In this document: piece after piece, positions 15,813 to 24,673 of the stretch
How the letters are laid out: every line of letters starts with the position of its first letter
How positions within the stretch are numbered: position 1 is the first letter of the stretch
Source of the DNA: Ilumatobacteraceae bacterium
Lineage (GTDB): Bacteria; Actinomycetota; Acidimicrobiia; Acidimicrobiales; Ilumatobacteraceae
Length of the DNA: 35,453 nt
NCBI GenBank assembly: GCA_044376595.1
Contig: JBILKS010000001.1
Coordinates: forward strand, 1-35,453
Direction of reading: 5' to 3'
Made by a program: the position numbers and the translations under genes
Notes under the pieces: generated by a model
What the model saw: the letters and a program-made list of their open reading frames with translations, nothing else
What the model was told of the DNA's origin: nothing
Databases searched by the model: none

Positions 15813-16178
15813 CTACACCCAACGCAGGACGCGCTTGCGCCATGCATAGACAAGGCCGAGCAACAGCACGGCCACGAATATTCCCATTTCAACGAGACCA
15901 AAAGTCCCGTAACGCTCGAGCTGTGTGGCCCACGGGAAGAGGAACACCGCTTCGACATCGAACACCACGAACAACAGGGCAAACACGTAATAGCGAATCT
16001 GGCTCTGCGACCAGCCCTCGCCCACCGGATCCACGCCACTTTCGTAGGCCATCGACTTCTCGCGCGATGGCTTGACCGGACGCACGAGAGAGGCCACCCA
16101 CAAAAGGAGACCGGCGAGGAGTAATGCTGCGAGGCCGAACCAGACAACCGTCAGGTATGACCGTAAGAAGGGGGACAT
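15813..16178 (-). CDS. nuoA: NADH-quinone oxidoreductase subunit A (cluster 1)
   Basis: 121 aa from the ATG at 16178 (MSPFLRSYLTVVWFGLAALL...). YESGVDPVG...YYVFALLFVVFDVEAVFLFPWA motif. GAGGG SD 3 nt upstream. Confidence 0.85.
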   Translation of the reverse strand: MSPFLRSYLTVVWFGLAALLLAGLLLWVASLVRPVKPSREKSMAYESGVDPVGEGWSQSQIRYYVFALLFVVFDVEAVFLFPWATQLERYGTFGLVEMGIFVAVLLLGLVYAWRKRVLRWV

Positions 16179-16218
16179 CGCCCTCGAAACTACTACTTGG
16201 GCCCTGAAAATCAGGAAA

Positions 16219-16902
16219 TCAAGTCGCGTGTTCGAAGAACCAATCCACCAGCGTGGCTGCGTGCGCGGCCGATGTGTGGGCGCGCTTTTCAGTCTCGGCG
16301 CACAACTCCTGGGGCGAGATTCCGACCTTGTGAAGTTCGTCGGCACCCGGCCCCGACGACCAGCGTTCGATGATCTGTGGGGTCACTTCAGGATGGAACT
16401 GCACCCCGAAACTGCGACCAAGACGGAACACCTGGACCCCCACGGGACTTGTTGCCAAGATCTCGGCCTCTTCTGGGGGAAGGCAACGGTCGTAATGCCA
16501 CTGCAACCACACGGCATCGTCCACAGCAGGAAGTGTGACCTGCGTCACAGTCCAATCGATGGAAAACCACCCGATCTCTGGTTTTTCGGCCCTTTTCACC
16601 TCCCCGCCCAGCGCATGGGCGAGAATCTGACCGCCAAAACAGATGCCGAACACGGGGATCCCCGCCTGGTGGGCAGCCCGCAAAAGGGCGGCCTCGGCCT
16701 CCACCAGGTGTGCGATGTCGGGCCAATACACCGACCAATCCGATCCGAGAGGCACCACCACAGCAACATCGGAGCTGAGTTGTGGCCACTCGAGGGCGTC
16801 CTCGCGGGCCCATTGCTCGCAGACGAAGCCACGCTCGCGCAACAACCGCCCAACGACTCCCCCGTCGTTGTCACCCCGGTTGGCAATCAGCACTGCGCGC
16901 AC
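16219..16902 (-). CDS. Class I glutamine amidotransferase (GuaA-like GATase1 domain protein)
   Basis: Nucleophile elbow GICFGGQ and the His/Glu pair in VQFHPE. Start taken as the GTG at 16902 (VRAVLIANRG...). The track ORF uses a TTG at 16938, which would overlap the divergent ilvA start. The stop lies 40 nt upstream of nuoA (cluster 1). Confidence 0.75.
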   Translation of the reverse strand: MRAVLIANRGDNDGGVVGRLLRERGFVCEQWAREDALEWPQLSSDVAVVVPLGSDWSVYWPDIAHLVEAEAALLRAAHQAGIPVFGICFGGQILAHALGGEVKRAEKPEIGWFSIDWTVTQVTLPAVDDAVWLQWHYDRCLPPEEAEILATSPVGVQVFRLGRSFGVQFHPEVTPQIIERWSSGPGADELHKVGISPQELCAETEKRAHTSAAHAATLVDWFFEHAT

Positions 16903-16922
16903 AGGGGTACCGTAGGTCACAC

Positions 16923-18143
16923 ATGGGCGAACCCACAATCAGCCGTGACGAGATTCTCAGCGCCCGCCAAGCCGGTGCGGCATACGTCAAGCACACGCCC
17001 GTCACCGAATCGGCCACCCTCACTGCCATGTGCGGTGGAAACGTTGTCGTGAAGGCCGAGAGCCTTCAACGCACAGGTTCGTTCAAGATTCGCGGCGCGA
17101 TGAACAAGTTGTCCACCCTGCGCAACGATCCCGCGAGCGATCTCACGAAGGGTGTGGTGGCCGGAAGTGCCGGAAACCACGCCCAGGCGCTGGCGTTCGC
17201 CGCACAAGTCAACGGGGTTCCGTGCGAAATCTTCGTGCCCGCCGGCGCATCACTCTCGAAGATCGCCGCATGCCGTTCGTATGGTGCCACCATCTCCGAA
17301 GGTGGCGACTCACTCGACAACGCAGTTGCTCGTGCACAAGAACGCGCTGCTGACACCGGCATGAACTTCTGCCACCCCTACGACGACCCCGCCGTTGTTG
17401 CCGGGCAGGCAACCCTCGGCCTCGAACTTCTCGAGGACATTGCCGACCTGCGATGCGTGATCATCCCGCTGGGTGGAGGCGGACTCGCGGGAGGCACGGC
17501 CATAGCCCTGAAACAACACGATCCATCGATCACGGTGATCGGCGTCCAAGTGGAAGCGTGCGCACCGTACGCCCACGTTCCGGCACCCGAAGGGCCGGTG
17601 GTCACATTGGCCGACGGTATCGCCGTGAAGCGACCCGGCGTCATCACTCGTCCAATCATCGAGAAGTGGCTGGATGATGTGGTGGTGGTGTCCGAAGACG
17701 ATGTTGCCGATGCGATGGTCTTGCTGATGGAACGCGGCAAACTCCTGGTCGAAGGCGCTGGCGCGGTCGGCGCATCGGCATTGATGAGAGGTGTCGTCAA
17801 GCCGTCGGCGTTGGGGACCACCTGCGTGGTGCTGTCCGGCGGCAACGTTGACCTCGGACTCGTTCCCGGCCTGGTACGGCGCCATGAGACAAAAGCGGGA
17901 CGACGTCTTCTTCTCTTCGTTCGCATTTCCGACCGACCGGGAGGTCTTGCGCAACTACTCACCCTTCTCGCTTCCACCGGCGCGAATCTGATCGAGGTGG
18001 AACATGTGCGCGAAGGTGTCGATCTCCACGTACGCGAGACCGGTGTTCAGATCGTTCTCGAAACACGTGGCGCAGACCACGCTGATTCAGTGATCGAGGT
18101 TGTCCGCACGGCCGGCTACGACGTCGACGAACTCAGCCACTGA
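16923..18143 (+). CDS. ilvA: Threonine ammonia-lyase (threonine dehydratase), PLP-dependent, with one C-terminal ACT-like regulatory domain
   Basis: 406 aa from the ATG at 16923 (MGEPTISRDEIL...). PLP-lysine motif SLQRTGSFKIRGAMNKL, glycine loop IPLGGGGLAGG, and a C-terminal segment of about 80 aa (RLLLFVRISDRPGGLAQLL...). Confidence 0.85.
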   Translation: MGEPTISRDEILSARQAGAAYVKHTPVTESATLTAMCGGNVVVKAESLQRTGSFKIRGAMNKLSTLRNDPASDLTKGVVAGSAGNHAQALAFAAQVNGVPCEIFVPAGASLSKIAACRSYGATISEGGDSLDNAVARAQERAADTGMNFCHPYDDPAVVAGQATLGLELLEDIADLRCVIIPLGGGGLAGGTAIALKQHDPSITVIGVQVEACAPYAHVPAPEGPVVTLADGIAVKRPGVITRPIIEKWLDDVVVVSEDDVADAMVLLMERGKLLVEGAGAVGASALMRGVVKPSALGTTCVVLSGGNVDLGLVPGLVRRHETKAGRRLLLFVRISDRPGGLAQLLTLLASTGANLIEVEHVREGVDLHVRETGVQIVLETRGADHADSVIEVVRTAGYDVDELSH

Positions 18144-18144
18144 C

Positions 18145-18164
18145 GGCCCGCCTTCGGGCGGGTC
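18145..18164. terminator. GC-rich hairpin between the convergent ilvA and nuoN (cluster 2) genes
   Basis: ggcccgcc-ttcg-ggcgggtc: an 8-bp stem (one G-U pair) with a TTCG loop. It overlaps the nuoN stop codon. No U-tract on either side, so function is uncertain. Confidence 0.4.
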
Positions 18165-19674
18165 AGCGGGCGAATTCGATGACGTTGCGGGTGGCATCAA
18201 GCAGCCAACCCGGAACGATTCCCACCACAAGGGTGAATACTGCAGCCGCAGTGACGGTGACTCCGGTGAGGAAAGGTACGTGCGGTGCCGCCGGACCACC
18301 ATCCGAGTCGTCCATCCACACGCTGACCATGATGCGCAGGTAGAGGAACGCTCCGATGACCGATGCCACCATGGCGATGATCGCGATGGCGTAACTCTCG
18401 ACAACGACAGCCGACTGGATCACTCCGAACTTGGCCACGAAACCGGACGTGAGCGGCACGCCTGCTTGTGCAAGAAGGAAGAGTGTCATGGCAAGTGCAA
18501 GTGCCGGACGTTGGCGCCCGAGACCACGGAAATCGTCGAGTGCAGTGGAACCATCGCCCTTGCCGGAGACCAACCCCACCACGGCGAAGGTGCCGACAAC
18601 GAGGACCGAGTAGAGCAAGAGATACGTCATCGAAGCCGCAATGCCGTCGCTCGCATCGGTCTTTCCCGTGTGCGCAGCGGCTTCGATGCCCAGGATGATG
18701 AATCCGGCGTGGCTGATCGACGAGTAGGCCAGCATGCGCTTCACATTGGTCTGGACCACGGCGAGAAGTGAACCAACCACCAAGCTGAGCACCGCCATCA
18801 CCCAGATCACCGGACGCCAGTCGTCGACGCGGCTCTGGAGTGCCGTCACCGTGATGCGCAAGAGCGCCGCGAATGCCGCCGTCTTGCCGGCACTGGCCAT
18901 GAAAGAGGTGACGGGAGTGGGTGCACCTTGGTACACGTCGGGTGTCCACACCTGGAACGGAACGGCGGCGACCTTGAATGCCAATCCCACCAGCAGCAGG
19001 CCGATTCCCACCAGCAACATGGTGTCGTTGCGCGGGAAAGCCTGGGACTCGGAGAGGTTCGTGGCGATCTCGGACAGGTTGGTGCTCTTGGTGGCGCCGT
19101 AGATCAATGCGATGCCGTAGAGGAAGAACGCGGAGGAGAAGCCACCAAGTATGAAGTACTTCAGGCCGGCCTCTTGGCTTTCGGTACGGCGACGGTTGCT
19201 TGCGGCAAGCACGTACAACGCCAGGCTCAGGGTTTCGAGACCGAGGAACAACACGATCAGATCGTTGGCCATCACCATGATCACGCCACCTATGGCGGCG
19301 GCGAGATAGAGCACGAACAGCTCCGGTCCGTCTTCGTTCTCGCGAACCAGATAGTCGCTCGTGGTGAAACTGACAAGCACGACCGCGACGCAAATGGTGA
19401 TGATTCCGAGCAACGAGAAGTGGTCGATCGACAGCGCACCCCCCAGCGCCGTGTACGGCTTGCCATCGGAAATGTTGTCCCACACGAAGAAGCTGAGAAC
19501 GATCGCGGTGCCGGCGGACGCGGCGCTGACGATGCCGTAGAGACCCTTCGGCCATTGTGGAGCCAACGATCCCGCCAACATCAAGAAACACGTGCCGGCC
19601 AAGAGAGCGAGAACCGGACTGAGGCTGAACCAAGGAATGGGCGGCCCGACGAGTGAATCAACAGCCAACATCAT
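18163..19674 (-). CDS. nuoN: NADH-quinone oxidoreductase subunit N (cluster 2, the 14-gene cluster)
   Basis: 503 aa with VPFQVWTPDVYQGAPTPVTSF and LKYFILGGFSSAFFLYG. ATGA overlap with the nuoM stop. Confidence 0.9.
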   Translation of the reverse strand: MMLAVDSLVGPPIPWFSLSPVLALLAGTCFLMLAGSLAPQWPKGLYGIVSAASAGTAIVLSFFVWDNISDGKPYTALGGALSIDHFSLLGIITICVAVVLVSFTTSDYLVRENEDGPELFVLYLAAAIGGVIMVMANDLIVLFLGLETLSLALYVLAASNRRRTESQEAGLKYFILGGFSSAFFLYGIALIYGATKSTNLSEIATNLSESQAFPRNDTMLLVGIGLLLVGLAFKVAAVPFQVWTPDVYQGAPTPVTSFMASAGKTAAFAALLRITVTALQSRVDDWRPVIWVMAVLSLVVGSLLAVVQTNVKRMLAYSSISHAGFIILGIEAAAHTGKTDASDGIAASMTYLLLYSVLVVGTFAVVGLVSGKGDGSTALDDFRGLGRQRPALALAMTLFLLAQAGVPLTSGFVAKFGVIQSAVVVESYAIAIIAMVASVIGAFLYLRIMVSVWMDDSDGGPAAPHVPFLTGVTVTAAAVFTLVVGIVPGWLLDATRNVIEFAR

Positions 19675-21260
19675 CAGCCCTCACTGTGCTCTTCTTTGGT
19701 TTCCGACGAATCGTGTTCGATCGGTGCCGGAGCTTGGTATTCGAACGTCTCACCCGTGCGCTCTTCCACATGGGTCACCAACGACTTCACGCTGGGTTCG
19801 ATGCGCTCGAGCATGGGCTTGGGATAGATGCCCGTGAAGCCGATGGCTGCGATGAACGTGAGCAACAAGAGACCTTCACGCAACTTCAACTCAGGGAACG
19901 ACGCATTTGCCTCGTCGGGTTCGCCGTGGAAGACGCGCTGGTAGGCCCACAAGAGATAGAGCGCGGCAAGGATCACTCCGGTGGCACCGATCACGACCCA
20001 CCACCTGGCGGTGTCGAACGAACCGATGAGGATGAGGAACTCGCCCACGAAACCGTTGAGGCCCGGCACGCCGATGGACGACAACATCACCACCATGAAG
20101 GCCGCTGCAAAGATCGGAGCAACCGATTGCAGACCCTTCAGTTCGGCAATCTGACGTGTGTGACGGCGCTCGTAGATCATGCCCACCAAGAGGAACAGCG
20201 CTCCGGTGGAGATGCCGTGGTTCACCATCTGCATCACACCGCCGGTGATGGCCTGCGACGTGAAGGCGAAGGTTCCGAGGACGATGAACCCGAGGTGGGC
20301 AACCGATGAATACGCCACGAGGCGCTTCAGGTCCTTTTGCATCGTGGCCGCAATGGCTCCCCACAAGATTCCGATGACGGCGAGAGTGAGGAAGAGTGGC
20401 TGTGCCCACACCGCGGCCTCGGGAAAGAGGTACAAACCGAAGCGAAGAAAACCGTAGGTTCCCAACTTCAGAAGAACGCCGGCGAGAATCACCGAGCCAC
20501 CGGTGGGGGCCTGTGTGTGAGCGTCGGGCAACCACGTATGCAAGGGGAACAACGGCACCTTGACTGCGAACGCAATGGCGAACGCGAAGAACAACCATCG
20601 CCCTGTACTTGTGGCGAATGAGGCTTCTTCGGCAAGTTTGACGAGATCGAAGGTGATGTATCCGAGGCTGTTCTTGGCAAGCACGGCTGTGGCAATGATT
20701 CCCACCAACATGAAAGCCGAGCCGAACATCGTGTACAGGAAGAACTTGGTGGCCGCGTAGACGCGCTGGTCGTATCCCCAACCGCCGATGAGGAAGTACA
20801 TCGGCACGAGAACGATCTCGAAGAACACAAAGAACAAGAACAGGTCAAGGCTGACAAAACTGCCCATGACGCCGGCCTCGAGAATCAACATCCAACCCAG
20901 GTAGCGCTTGTGATCGTGATGCGGATCGATGCCGACGATCACAAGTGGGAACAGCAAGCCGGTGAGCACCACCAAGAAGAGCGAAATTCCGTCGACACCA
21001 AGATGCCAACCGATTCCCCAGTCACGGATCCACGGATGTTGCGACACGAACTGGAACCCAGCGTCGTGACTGTCGAACGAGGACAGGAGCCAAATGCTGA
21101 GACCTGCAGTGACGACACTTGCCACGATGGCAATGATCTTGGTGATCTCCGGCCGCCGATTGCTCGACGTCACGGTGAGAATGCCGCCGATGAGCGGCAC
21201 AACGATCAGTGCGGTGAGAATCGGGAACGCGACGGTTCCGCCGCCACTTGCTGCGAACAT
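19674..21260 (-). CDS. nuoM: NADH-quinone oxidoreductase subunit M (cluster 2)
   Basis: 528 aa from the ATG at 21260 (MFAASGGGTVAFPILTALIVVP...). FPLHTWLPDAHTQAPTGGSVILA motif. ATGA overlap with the nuoL stop. Confidence 0.9.
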   Translation of the reverse strand: MFAASGGGTVAFPILTALIVVPLIGGILTVTSSNRRPEITKIIAIVASVVTAGLSIWLLSSFDSHDAGFQFVSQHPWIRDWGIGWHLGVDGISLFLVVLTGLLFPLVIVGIDPHHDHKRYLGWMLILEAGVMGSFVSLDLFLFFVFFEIVLVPMYFLIGGWGYDQRVYAATKFFLYTMFGSAFMLVGIIATAVLAKNSLGYITFDLVKLAEEASFATSTGRWLFFAFAIAFAVKVPLFPLHTWLPDAHTQAPTGGSVILAGVLLKLGTYGFLRFGLYLFPEAAVWAQPLFLTLAVIGILWGAIAATMQKDLKRLVAYSSVAHLGFIVLGTFAFTSQAITGGVMQMVNHGISTGALFLLVGMIYERRHTRQIAELKGLQSVAPIFAAAFMVVMLSSIGVPGLNGFVGEFLILIGSFDTARWWVVIGATGVILAALYLLWAYQRVFHGEPDEANASFPELKLREGLLLLTFIAAIGFTGIYPKPMLERIEPSVKSLVTHVEERTGETFEYQAPAPIEHDSSETKEEHSEG

Positions 21261-23170
21261 CACGCCAACCCCCGAATCACGAACCACGCCAGCATGACGA
21301 CGACTGCGATGCCGATGATCGCCGCGTATGCGCGAACGAAACCGCTCTGCACCCGTCGGGCGTTCCCGCTTGCCGTGCGCACCAAGACACCGGTTCCACG
21401 TACCGCACCGTCGATGACATTGGCATCAGCCCACGTGACGCCGTCGAATGCCTTGCGGCCCGGGCCTCCCATGAAATCCGAGACCGCTTTGTCGTAGCGC
21501 CAGCCATCGGCAAGCAGCTGTGGTTCGATGGGCGCGATCTTCTTCTTGGCGTACACGGTGTATGCCGCAAAGATGCCGGCGGCCGCCACCACGATTGCAA
21601 CGCCCATCAACAGGTACTTGTTCTCGTAGGCCCACGTACCGGAGATGTGTGCTTCACCGTGTTCGACAACGGGCTCGAGCCATTTCTCGAGGAAATGCAG
21701 ATCCTTCGTGAATGGCAACTGCAGGAGTCCGCCGAAAACGGAGAGAGCTGCCAGAACCACCAGCGGGAAAAGCATGATTTTCGGACTCTCGTGCGGCTTG
21801 AAGTCGCCGTGCGCGCCGTGCTCTTCGCTCTGATCCTTCCAGCGGGCATCGCCGAAGAAGACCATGATGACCTGTCGCGTCATGTAGAACGCCGTCAAGA
21901 GTGCAGTGACGAGACCAACCACGTACAGGGCCCGATTGTTGGCATAGACGTAGAGCAGGATCTCGTCTTTCGACCAGAATCCGGCGAAGGGCGGTACGCC
22001 GGCGATGGCCAACCAGCCGATGATGAATGTTCCGGCCGTGACGGGCATCAACACACGCAGAGCACCCATCTTGCGCATGTCCTGCTCGTGGTGCATACCG
22101 TGGATCACCGATCCCGAACCGAGGAACAAGAGAGCCTTGAAGAAGGCGTGGGTGATCATGTGGAAGATCGCCGCCACGTAGGCACCCGATCCGACGGCAA
22201 GGAACATGTAACCCAGTTGCGACACAGTGGAATACGCCAACACCTTCTTGATGTCGGTCTGCGCAACCGCGACGGTTGCGGCAAACAACGCGGTGGCTGC
22301 ACCAACGACCGCAATGATCATCGGCGCCCAGTCGTACGCTTCGGCGATGACCGGGTTCATGCGGGTCATGAGGAACACGCCTGCAGTCACCATGGTGGCG
22401 GCGTGGATCAACGCCGACACCGGGGTGGGTCCCTCCATGGCGTCGGGCAACCAGAGATAGAGAGGCAGCTGTGCGCTCTTGCCGCACGCGCCGACGAACA
22501 ACATGAGTGCCATTGCCGTGGCGGTCACATGACTGATTGCTCCGGCGTGCGCAGCCTCGTTGATTCCCACATACGAGAGTGTTCCCACCGCGCTGAAGGC
22601 CAGGAACATCGCCATCATCACGCCCCAGTCACCGACGCGATTGGTGACGAAGGCCTTCTTGCCGGCGGTCGCCGCGCTGTCGCGGGTGTGCCAGAAGGAG
22701 ATGAGGAAGTACGAACAGGTACCGACGCCTTCCCAACCCAGGAAGGTGACCAAAAGGTTCTCACCCAACACCAACATCAACATGGAGAAGGCGAAGAGGT
22801 TGAGGTAGATGAAGAACTTCGAGAACTTCGGATCACCGTGCATGTAGCCGATGGCGTAGATGTGGATCAGTGTTCCGATGCCCGTGACGAACAACGCCAT
22901 GGTGATCGACAGCGGGTCGGCGAGGAATGCCAACTTGACTTCCAACGATCCAACCGGAAGCCAGGTGAACAGATCAACGATCTGCGAACGCTCGTCACCA
23001 CTCTTCGACAGCATGTCGAAAAAGGCCAGAGCGGTGACCACGAATGCTCCGCCGCACATGGCCGCGGCGAGCCAACCCGCCCTTGGCTCGCCCAAACGGC
23101 GACCAAAGACCACCAACAACAAGAATCCCGCGAGAGGCAGGGCAGGAATCAACCAGACGATGTCGAGCAT
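21260..23170 (-). CDS. nuoL: NADH-quinone oxidoreductase subunit L (cluster 2)
   Basis: 636 aa with LPLYLWLPDAMEGPTPVSALIHAATMVTAGVFL and C-terminal lateral helix VIDGAVRGTG...RRVQSG plus a final TM. Confidence 0.9.
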   Translation of the reverse strand: MLDIVWLIPALPLAGFLLLVVFGRRLGEPRAGWLAAAMCGGAFVVTALAFFDMLSKSGDERSQIVDLFTWLPVGSLEVKLAFLADPLSITMALFVTGIGTLIHIYAIGYMHGDPKFSKFFIYLNLFAFSMLMLVLGENLLVTFLGWEGVGTCSYFLISFWHTRDSAATAGKKAFVTNRVGDWGVMMAMFLAFSAVGTLSYVGINEAAHAGAISHVTATAMALMLFVGACGKSAQLPLYLWLPDAMEGPTPVSALIHAATMVTAGVFLMTRMNPVIAEAYDWAPMIIAVVGAATALFAATVAVAQTDIKKVLAYSTVSQLGYMFLAVGSGAYVAAIFHMITHAFFKALLFLGSGSVIHGMHHEQDMRKMGALRVLMPVTAGTFIIGWLAIAGVPPFAGFWSKDEILLYVYANNRALYVVGLVTALLTAFYMTRQVIMVFFGDARWKDQSEEHGAHGDFKPHESPKIMLFPLVVLAALSVFGGLLQLPFTKDLHFLEKWLEPVVEHGEAHISGTWAYENKYLLMGVAIVVAAAGIFAAYTVYAKKKIAPIEPQLLADGWRYDKAVSDFMGGPGRKAFDGVTWADANVIDGAVRGTGVLVRTASGNARRVQSGFVRAYAAIIGIAVVVMLAWFVIRGLA

Positions 23171-23175
23171 TGCAG

Positions 23176-23496
23176 TTAACCCTTCAGATCCGCGAGGTCG
23201 TCGGCGCTGACCTGTTGACGGTTACGCATGATGGACACGATGATTCCGAGACCCACCACGACTTCGGCCGCGGCAACGACCATCACGAAGAAGACCGCCG
23301 TTTGGCCGTTGATGTCTGTGAGTTCGGTAGCCAGGGCCACGAACGAGAGGTTGACGGCATTCAGCATCAACTCGATGCACATGAACATCACGAGCGGGTT
23401 TCGCCGCACCATGACGCCGACCATGCCGATGGCGAAAAGCAACGCGGCGAGGATCAGGTACCACGTGGTGGTGGGGGCAACTGCGGCGGCAATCAT
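23176..23496 (-). CDS. nuoK: NADH-quinone oxidoreductase subunit K (cluster 2)
   Basis: 106 aa with [16 protein letters not shown] and [18 protein letters not shown] overlap with the nuoJ stop. Confidence 0.9.
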   Translation of the reverse strand: MIAAAVAPTTTWYLILAALLFAIGMVGVMVRRNPLVMFMCIELMLNAVNLSFVALATELTDINGQTAVFFVMVVAAAEVVVGLGIIVSIMRNRQQVSADDLADLKG

Positions 23497-24032
23497 GCGT
23501 CGACCTTTTCCGACTTGCGCTTGCGCGTGAGAACGACGGTTCCGACAACAGCAACGATCAACAGAACGGACGTCACCTCGAAAGCCACCACGTAGTCGCC
23601 GAATATCGAGCGAGCGATCTGGCGGATGTTGCCGTCGGGCTCATCGAGCGTCGCCCCGGCAATTCCCTCACCTCGAAACTTGAGCGTGTCGCGGCTGCTG
23701 ACGATGGCGGTGGTGACGAGTGCGAGAACGCCGACGCCGAGAATGATGGCCAATGGGCGCTGTATTCCCAGTGGTTCGGTCTTCAGTTCCTCGGCTTTGT
23801 CGACGCCGAGAAGCATGATGACGAAGAGGAACAACACCACGATGGCACCGGCATAGACGATGACCTGCACCGCAGCGAGAAAATGGGCTTCCAACGACAC
23901 GAAGATCACGGCGATACCGAACAAGGTGAGAACCAAGCTGAGTGCTGCGTGCACGGGATTGGAGCGCAGAATCACTCCGAGTGCCCCAGCCAGGATCATT
24001 CCGGCCGCGCAGACGAAAACAAAGAGTTCCAT
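23493..24032 (-). CDS. nuoJ: NADH-quinone oxidoreductase subunit J (cluster 2)
   Basis: 179 aa from the ATG at 24032 ([16 protein letters not shown]...). [18 protein letters not shown] motif. TAATG overlap with the nuoI stop, as in cluster 1. Confidence 0.85.
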   Translation of the reverse strand: MELFVFVCAAGMILAGALGVILRSNPVHAALSLVLTLFGIAVIFVSLEAHFLAAVQVIVYAGAIVVLFLFVIMLLGVDKAEELKTEPLGIQRPLAIILGVGVLALVTTAIVSSRDTLKFRGEGIAGATLDEPDGNIRQIARSIFGDYVVAFEVTSVLLIVAVVGTVVLTRKRKSEKVDA

Positions 24033-24673
24033 TACTTCGCGTCCCGCTCGCCCTGAACGGGCTCGGCTGCCCGAACTCCGTAACCCAACTCGCCGCTCCA
24101 CGACACGACACCTTCGAAGTCGGCGTCTCCTGACGGCGCGGTGGCCCGCATCCAACCCGACGTGTGCTGATCTTCCCCCGGACGCCAGTCTTCCCACGGC
24201 AGATGCTGGGGCATGCCCTTGTCATCGACCAGGAGTTCATCCTTGGTGTAGATCGCATCCTTGCGATTGGTGAACGAAAACTCGAACAACTTGGTCTCTG
24301 TGATGGCCTCTGTGGGGCAGGCCTCGACACACATGTCGCAGTGGATGCAACGGAGGTAGTTGATCTCGTAGATGAACCCGAAGCGTTCTCCGGGCGACGT
24401 GGGATTCTGTGGATCGTTGTCCTTGCCACGAACGTAGATGCACTTGGCAGGGCACACACCGGCGCAGAGTTCGCATCCGATGCACTTCTCCATGCCGTCT
24501 TCGTAGCGATTCAACACGTGGCGGCCGTGCAGGCGTTCCGGCTTGGGAACCTTTGCATCACGCGATTCTTTCTTGCCCTTGCGGAAATAACGACCGCCCG
24601 AGTACTCGGTTGTGACGCGATTGCGCTTGCCGTGCTGACGCACGGTCACGAGAAAACCTCCGAGGTAACCCAT
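24032..24673 (-). CDS. nuoI: NADH-quinone oxidoreductase subunit I (cluster 2)
   Basis: 213 aa with [12 protein letters not shown] and [12 protein letters not shown]. Basic N-terminal and long C-terminal extensions. Confidence 0.9.
   Translation of the reverse strand: MGYLGGFLVTVRQHGKRNRVTTEYSGGRYFRKGKKESRDAKVPKPERLHGRHVLNRYEDGMEKCIGCELCAGVCPAKCIYVRGKDNDPQNPTSPGERFGFIYEINYLRCIHCDMCVEACPTEAITETKLFEFSFTNRKDAIYTKDELLVDDKGMPQHLPWEDWRPGEDQHTSGWMRATAPSGDADFEGVVSWSGELGYGVRAAEPVQGERDAK

Noticed and set aside
5588-16178. Reading the 11-gene cluster as a group 4 membrane-bound [NiFe] hydrogenase (Ech/Mbh/Hyf-type)
   Set aside because: NuoD1 lacks the N-terminal RxCGxCxxxH and C-terminal DPCxxCxxH/R Ni-Fe ligand motifs. 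NuoB1 keeps the complex I N2 pattern. NuoA, J, K and three antiporter-like subunits are present in complex I order.
18197-19633. 478-aa minus-strand ORF in an alternative frame of nuoN2, plus similar alternative-frame ORFs at 12442..13413, 9607..10521, 19891..20781, 21654..22487 and 7500..8231
   Set aside because: Their Arg/Pro/Gly-rich translations are typical of off-frame reading of GC-rich genes. The overlapping frames carry unambiguous Nuo signatures.
21248-23179. 643-aa plus-strand ORF
   Set aside because: It mirrors nuoL2 almost exactly on the opposite strand, and its composition is Arg/His/Gly/Asp-rich without motifs. It is an antisense artefact of GC-rich coding sequence. The same applies to 1668..2543, 8793..9884, 12435..13364, 24164..25210, 27652..28347 and similar plus-strand ORFs.
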